DNA of 63,719 nt, the filler included, from Perkinsus chesapeaki ATCC PRA-425 (lineage: Eukaryota > Protista > Perkinsozoa), in the NCBI GenBank assembly GCA_013115145.1. It is 14 parts of 14 records of this genome, joined end to end, with 100 filler letters (N's around TTAATTAATTAA, not from the genome) between each part and the next. Parts side by side here need not be neighbours in the genome. Positions count along the whole stretch, not along the records: positions 56,379 to 63,719 come from JAAPAO010001036.1; 13 more parts are not named here. The stretch is one strand, 5' to 3'. Below the pieces are notes generated by a model, which made no database searches, was not told the origin of the DNA, and saw nothing but the letters and a program-made list of their open reading frames with translations. Shown here piece by piece: positions 58,800 through 63,719 of the stretch (positions within the stretch are counted from its first letter, which is position 1; each line of letters starts with the position of its first letter). The position numbers and the translations under genes were made by a program.

Positions 58800-59828
58800 C
58801 TGCATTAGATCGTTGAGGTCCGTAGCCCATTTACTAACAGTCTTCAATGGTGACTCCGCAAAGAGCGGCGGTGGCGTGACACCCCTAAGCAGTCTATTAA
58901 CTATGTAAATCTCAAGCTGTTCTACCTCCACCACTGGAATGTCCGGACCACTGTAAAGAGTACAAGAGGCGCGTGAAAAATGAACGTGAGCTTGAAAAGG
59001 ATCAACGACTCTCCCACTGAAACAGGTGCAAATGATGCTAAGGCGGGCGAATCCACTAACCTGCGAAAGCAAATGCACGCGAGTTGACGTGAAGTATCCT
59101 GGTCGAGATGAACCCCCATGCTTTATTATCCCCCACTCTAGCGGCTGCCTTTTCCATCAAATTATACCTATACCACTGTTGCGTTTAGGAGCAAATAGTA
59201 TAGTACATTGACATAGAGCAGCGCTTGAAGAACGAGGGCGTTTCCCGGTGATAGGCTCGGCCACCATTTTGTTGTTCGTTCGTAGAGCCTCCTCCAGCAC
59301 TCTGACTATTTCGCCCATAATGTGAGTGATGCCCGTTTGCCCACTTCCGTGGCCCACGATTAACTCCACGCTGTATATTAATACGACTAGCCAGAGGCTC
59401 GTATCTGAGATGAGCCCGCGTAGCCATCCCAGACAAACTCGTGAACGCTATACCGAACGTCCTACTTTACTTGGCAGTTTCGATGGAATCATTCAACTTC
59501 CGTAATGACCCTTAGTACCTTTCATTTGCCCAAGAGAACATTCGCGTACGATGTTCGACAAATCGGCCACGCTGCCGCTCTCGCCATACGCCAGATCTAG
59601 CCACTAGTTCTGGGTAGAAATAGTGCCAAGTCCTGAAAGCTCTATCTGGCCCCAATCCCCCTATTCCCAGTAGTACCTTCGCAGTGGTTGATACCGCATA
59701 CAGATGCCAATCATGGTGAACCAAGTTATGTATTTGCCGGCTACAAAGCATCCGATAACCTTTGGTATATCCTCAGGTACGAGGCCCTGCTTTCCGAGAT
59801 ATACCGTCAACCTGTCCTTAATCCCCAT
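58800..59828 (-). CDS. Hypothetical multi-exon protein; 3' end uncertain
   Basis: MGIKDRLTVYLGKQGLVPEDIPKVIGCFVAGKYITWFTMIGICMRYQPLR|RTWHYFYPELVARSG..., with in-frame GT-AG introns. Confidence 0.5.
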
Positions 59829-60609
59829 AGTGGTGCTAAGGGGACCTCAGGCGTCTTGGGAAGGAATAAAAAATAAAGTCTACGACAGCGGCTAATAAAG
59901 CAACCATGAGCTTATTGAACACGTAAGAGATCCCCCCGAATCCATTGGTTGATCAACAATCTATTCACCAGCAGAAAACAACCTTTACCTTTCCTCTTCA
60001 TTTTACCCAAACGGTCGATAACATTGGATTCCCTATCTCATGTCAGCTCCCAATATAATAATCTCGGACTTTGGTTTACCGCGGTCGAGCAAAAATGAAA
60101 AATCTAGTGCTTATTCGGTTTTAAATGACATCTGCGGGATTCGAACCCGCGACCTTCGCGGCTCCCCGCTCTCATGGGTGGTCCACCGACGGGAACGGAC
60201 TTCACGAAAATATTCCCCATTCGTTGAAGCCTGCTGCTCAGTAAGTGATTTTTGGACGGGCGCTAAATTTAGTGACATCGTGACGTGGATTTAGTGACAA
60301 GGTCTGGGCAATCCGTTCACATGTTACATGGGCCATGTTTGCCGAATTTAAAATGTTATATCATGGCCTCAACTCTGGATGCTGTTACAGACGGCGGCGC
60401 TTTGCCATTGTAAGATAGACCTTGGCAATTATTATGGGAAATATGGGCTTTAACCCCACAGTAAGACTGGTTTTCGTATACACAGTTGCTAACACCGCAA
60501 CTGCAGCACTTACAAACTACCGTAGGAGGACCTTTAAGGGGTGTGTATACTGGCGGGGTAATTGTCCATTTTCTTTCATGTTGATCCCTTTTTAGTTAGT
60601 TGGATATTC

Positions 60610-63135
60610 ATGCTTCGAGTTATGGCGAAAGATTCATCCTTATTTCCTCCCAAGACCCCCACAGTCCCTTCATTTAACCTTTATGCGGCTTTCTTTGGTC
60701 TCATTAATATATCTATTGCACTGACTCCAACGATAGTTCTCGGATACTACCACAACCCTTACGCTTTCTGCGGTGTAAGTTCCCTCAAGCAGCGCTTGTC
60801 AAATAATCATCTTCAGGTCCTGGCATCCACCAATGCAATATTTGGTTCCGTATTCAGCTACAATTTCTACAAGGTCTTCTTCCGTACTTCCCTCATTGCA
60901 TTTTGGCTCGGTACAGGTGTAGGGTGCTTTGTTCATTTCATTGTTGAAGCCATGGGCGGTGGAGTCTATTATCCACTAGCAGGCATTGCTATGTGCATCC
61001 CCTTTGTCTTCCTTATATCACTAGGCTATCGTGGCCTGGGATGTAAGCTTACTCTCGCATGGGCTGTTGAGCCTTGCACAATACAGGTCTTCACAGCAGT
61101 TGCCTTCTACAATCATTATCCCTATATCGAAGCTACCTATATGGCCGCCCTCGCTACCATTACAACAACTGCGACTTTCGTTTTGGTCTGTATTCTACAC
61201 GAAGCTGGCCTCATTCCCACTACTGGCTTGAGTCCTGTAGAGAAGTTCACATTTGCTACCGCCGATCTATACAGTGCTGTGGTTGACAGTGCCACCTCTA
61301 AGGCGACTCAGAAGAGCCTTAGTGCCGCATCCACTCAGTTTGATATGGCATTCCACGCTCTTATAGCTTCTAACTTGCCTGTAGAGCTGCAAGGCTCAGC
61401 GTGGAAGATAGCCAGCCTGTTGTTATCGTTGAGGAGAACCCTCAACGAGAACCCTCTCACTGGGGCATCGGTTGCTTGCTGGTGGAATCCAATTGCTGGG
61501 CAAGTGAATCAACTTAGATGCTCCACTGTTGCGGCTCTGAGATCCGCATCACCAAATCCAAAGTGCAGAGAAATCGAGGATGATGCCAACATGGATGATT
61601 TGGAGATACTTGGTAAATCTCTGAGGAAAAGGGTATCGGAAATTGAACACAAATCTGCTGGTCGACAAGTGTCGAACGAGCTTGTTCGCTTCGAGTCTAT
61701 TATGGCAGCCCTTATTGATCTCGCCTACGAAGTCAGCGAGTTTTGCAAATCCAACAGAGAGTGCCAGAAAAATTCTCAGCGACGCAGCGACAAAAGTGTA
61801 AGTCACTTGCATCCGAAACTTTGTTATAGAATTTCGTTATGTTAGGTGTCGATTCCGAAGCGCATTCAGCAATGGTGCCGAGATGAGGTCGACTCATTTG
61901 TCCACTGGTGGAAAGCACCATTGTTTGCCGACATTAAAGAAGGTCTCTCTGTTCGAGATCGTCTCTTGTTTGTGCTACGTGTTAGCATATGTATTTCTAT
62001 TGCGGCTGTTGTGATGGTTATTATTTCTTGGTATTCCCCAATCGCCAAGACTTACTTCACCTACCTTTTGGCGCCACTATACATGTGTAATCTGCCTACT
62101 GCCGGTGCAACACTTTTGAAAGGAACTCGAAGGATTATCGGCACGTTCGCTGGTTGCGTACTCGTTGTGGCGTGTACTGCAGCGAATCCACATATTCTCC
62201 AGGCTTGGATCCTCGAACTGTGGATTATTTCCTATATCGGCATCCTGGTCAGTCTAAACCCTAAATTCGGCTATGCCGGTTTACTATTCATCTTGGCTTG
62301 GGTCTCTGTTGGCTTTAATAATGGTGTTTATACGAATGATCGTCCCGAAGAGATGTTCCTCACCGCTGCATGGCGAATGGGTTTAACACTTGGTGGTGTT
62401 ATCGCAGTCGATTTGGCGTCCTTGGTCATCTTCCCTCAATTCGCATCAGCTCAACTGAGGGACATATCCGCTAGGGCTATTAGAGAGGCTGCTAACAGTG
62501 TATCTTATGCTATAGCATTGGTAACTGACCCTGATGAAGATTCCCTGGATAAGGCTCTTCATGGTCGACAACAACTGGGGCCTAAAATCTTCAAGTACTC
62601 GTCAAAGAGGAACGCTCTGAGGGGAGACGCTTTGGCTGAGGTTGCAGTTTACGGCAAACTACATATGGTCCCGGTTAATTGTAAGAAGATTCTGGAGAAT
62701 CACTGGAAGATAACTCAGATGACTTCAACAGCAGTTGTGCTTTATGACGCTCTTGTTGCTGCTGCACAAACTGAGCATGCGGAAGTTCAAAATGTTCTTG
62801 TATCGGTTAGACCGGCCATGCTAAAGATGCTGGTAGCGTTGAATACCTCAGCGTCTCGTATTTATGACGACTTAGCTCACGACAAGGTCAAACAACCAGT
62901 CTCTATATCCCCCGATGAGGACGTGAATCTCGTTATGCAGCAATGCAGTGAAGTGTTCCATGACGCATGTGACAAACTTCTGGCCCATGAATCATCTTCA
63001 GACGAGATAGGCTACTGTTTGCGCGTTGAGATCATCCAAATGTTGTATGCTCTATCTCTTTTCGTGGAGGACTGGACAGCCTTGGAAGAGTCGCTTTTAG
63101 ATATTGCTCCTGTTACGGAGATGAACTCTTCTTAG
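60610..63135 (+). CDS. Aromatic acid exporter (ALMT/FUSC/ArAE) family transporter with two tandem modules, one phase-0 intron 61798-61845
   Basis: Second module: RVSICISIA..PTAGATLLKGTRRIIGTFAG..YAGLLFILAW..AWRMGLTLGG..IFPQFASAQLR (ALMT/FUSC). First module is similar. GTAAGT...TTAG of 48 nt fuses the two ORFs in frame. Confidence 0.8.
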
Positions 63136-63719
63136 TTCGGCTAGATATCAAGAGTGATCTGGGGGTCCCAGACTGGAACGTTCGAGTCAAATTGTCCGTA
63201 TACTCTTTGTACACTCTTAACCAACTGCGGACTTTCAGGAGTTACACGCTAGTGTTGTTAATCCAAAAGGAAATACGCGGTTATACCGACTGGCACTTGC
63301 CGACTTCATCGCAGAGTTCTAGACTGCCATGTATCGTTTTCGGCACTGCCGAATCGGCAGCTGTTCAAACGCCGGAGTTCTGATATCTGCGGGGCCACAT
63401 TATGTGGCCGGTCCACAGTGGCCCACATAGTCGCTAGGAGTAGCTGCCGCTCAGAGAGTGTCAGTCAGAGACTGACTGACACAGTCTGCCTCATGTTCAT
63501 CCCAGCTAAGGTGGGAGTTTGCGCGGTAACGCTGGCGCCTTTCCGAGACCTTGCGAGCGCAGACTCTACAATGTAGTACCCGCTTTCAATGCCCGTTTTC
63601 GATACGTAAATGATAGTACGGGCCATAAGCTTACTGGGCACCGGAAAAGATACTCCAACTAAGATACTCCAACGTGGCCACTCACTGTGATAATGCTTGA
63701 TAGGGCCATGAGTCAAAAG

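Overview
Eukaryotic nuclear DNA, not prokaryotic. It is a string of short contigs joined by 13 artificial 100-bp spacers (44 N + TTAATTAATTAA + 44 N, at 1195, 3291, 10412, 13414, 15197, 27421, 32216, 38283, 42024, 51847, 53061, 55161 and 56279) plus one plain N gap (26939-27034), so adjacency across spacers may carry no biological meaning. Many 40-55 nt GT-AG introns, a POP-type organellar polymerase and lineage-specific secreted proteins suggest an alveolate, probably Perkinsus-like (inference). Housekeeping genes recognised by manual exon reading: SLC35A-type nucleotide-sugar transporter, NOP9, DTW-domain tRNA acp3U transferase, CFAP53-like fragment, DNAJC21/JJJ1, EXD1-like 3'-5' exonuclease, P1B-2 heavy-metal ATPase, POP family-A DNA polymerase, proline dehydrogenase, an F-box-like protein and a double-module ALMT/FUSC transporter. 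RNA genes: tRNA-Ser(GCT) copies and tRNA-Arg(ACG). Mobile elements: a near-complete tyrosine-recombinase (DIRS-order) retrotransposon, two different LTR-type gag-protease fragments and an IS630/Tc1-mariner transposase. Top leads: (1) secreted PxGxY-motif proteins carrying NLSs plus a Sin3-interaction-like or acidic tail, two of which share a 97.5% identical promoter/signal-peptide cassette (candidate host-nuclear effectors); (2) two recoding signals, a G_GAU_UUU -1 frameshift with stem-loop and a UGA-CGG gag-pol readthrough in the YR retrotransposon; (3) a gag carrying CCCH zinc fingers fused to a protease. All exon models are manual and no searches were run.
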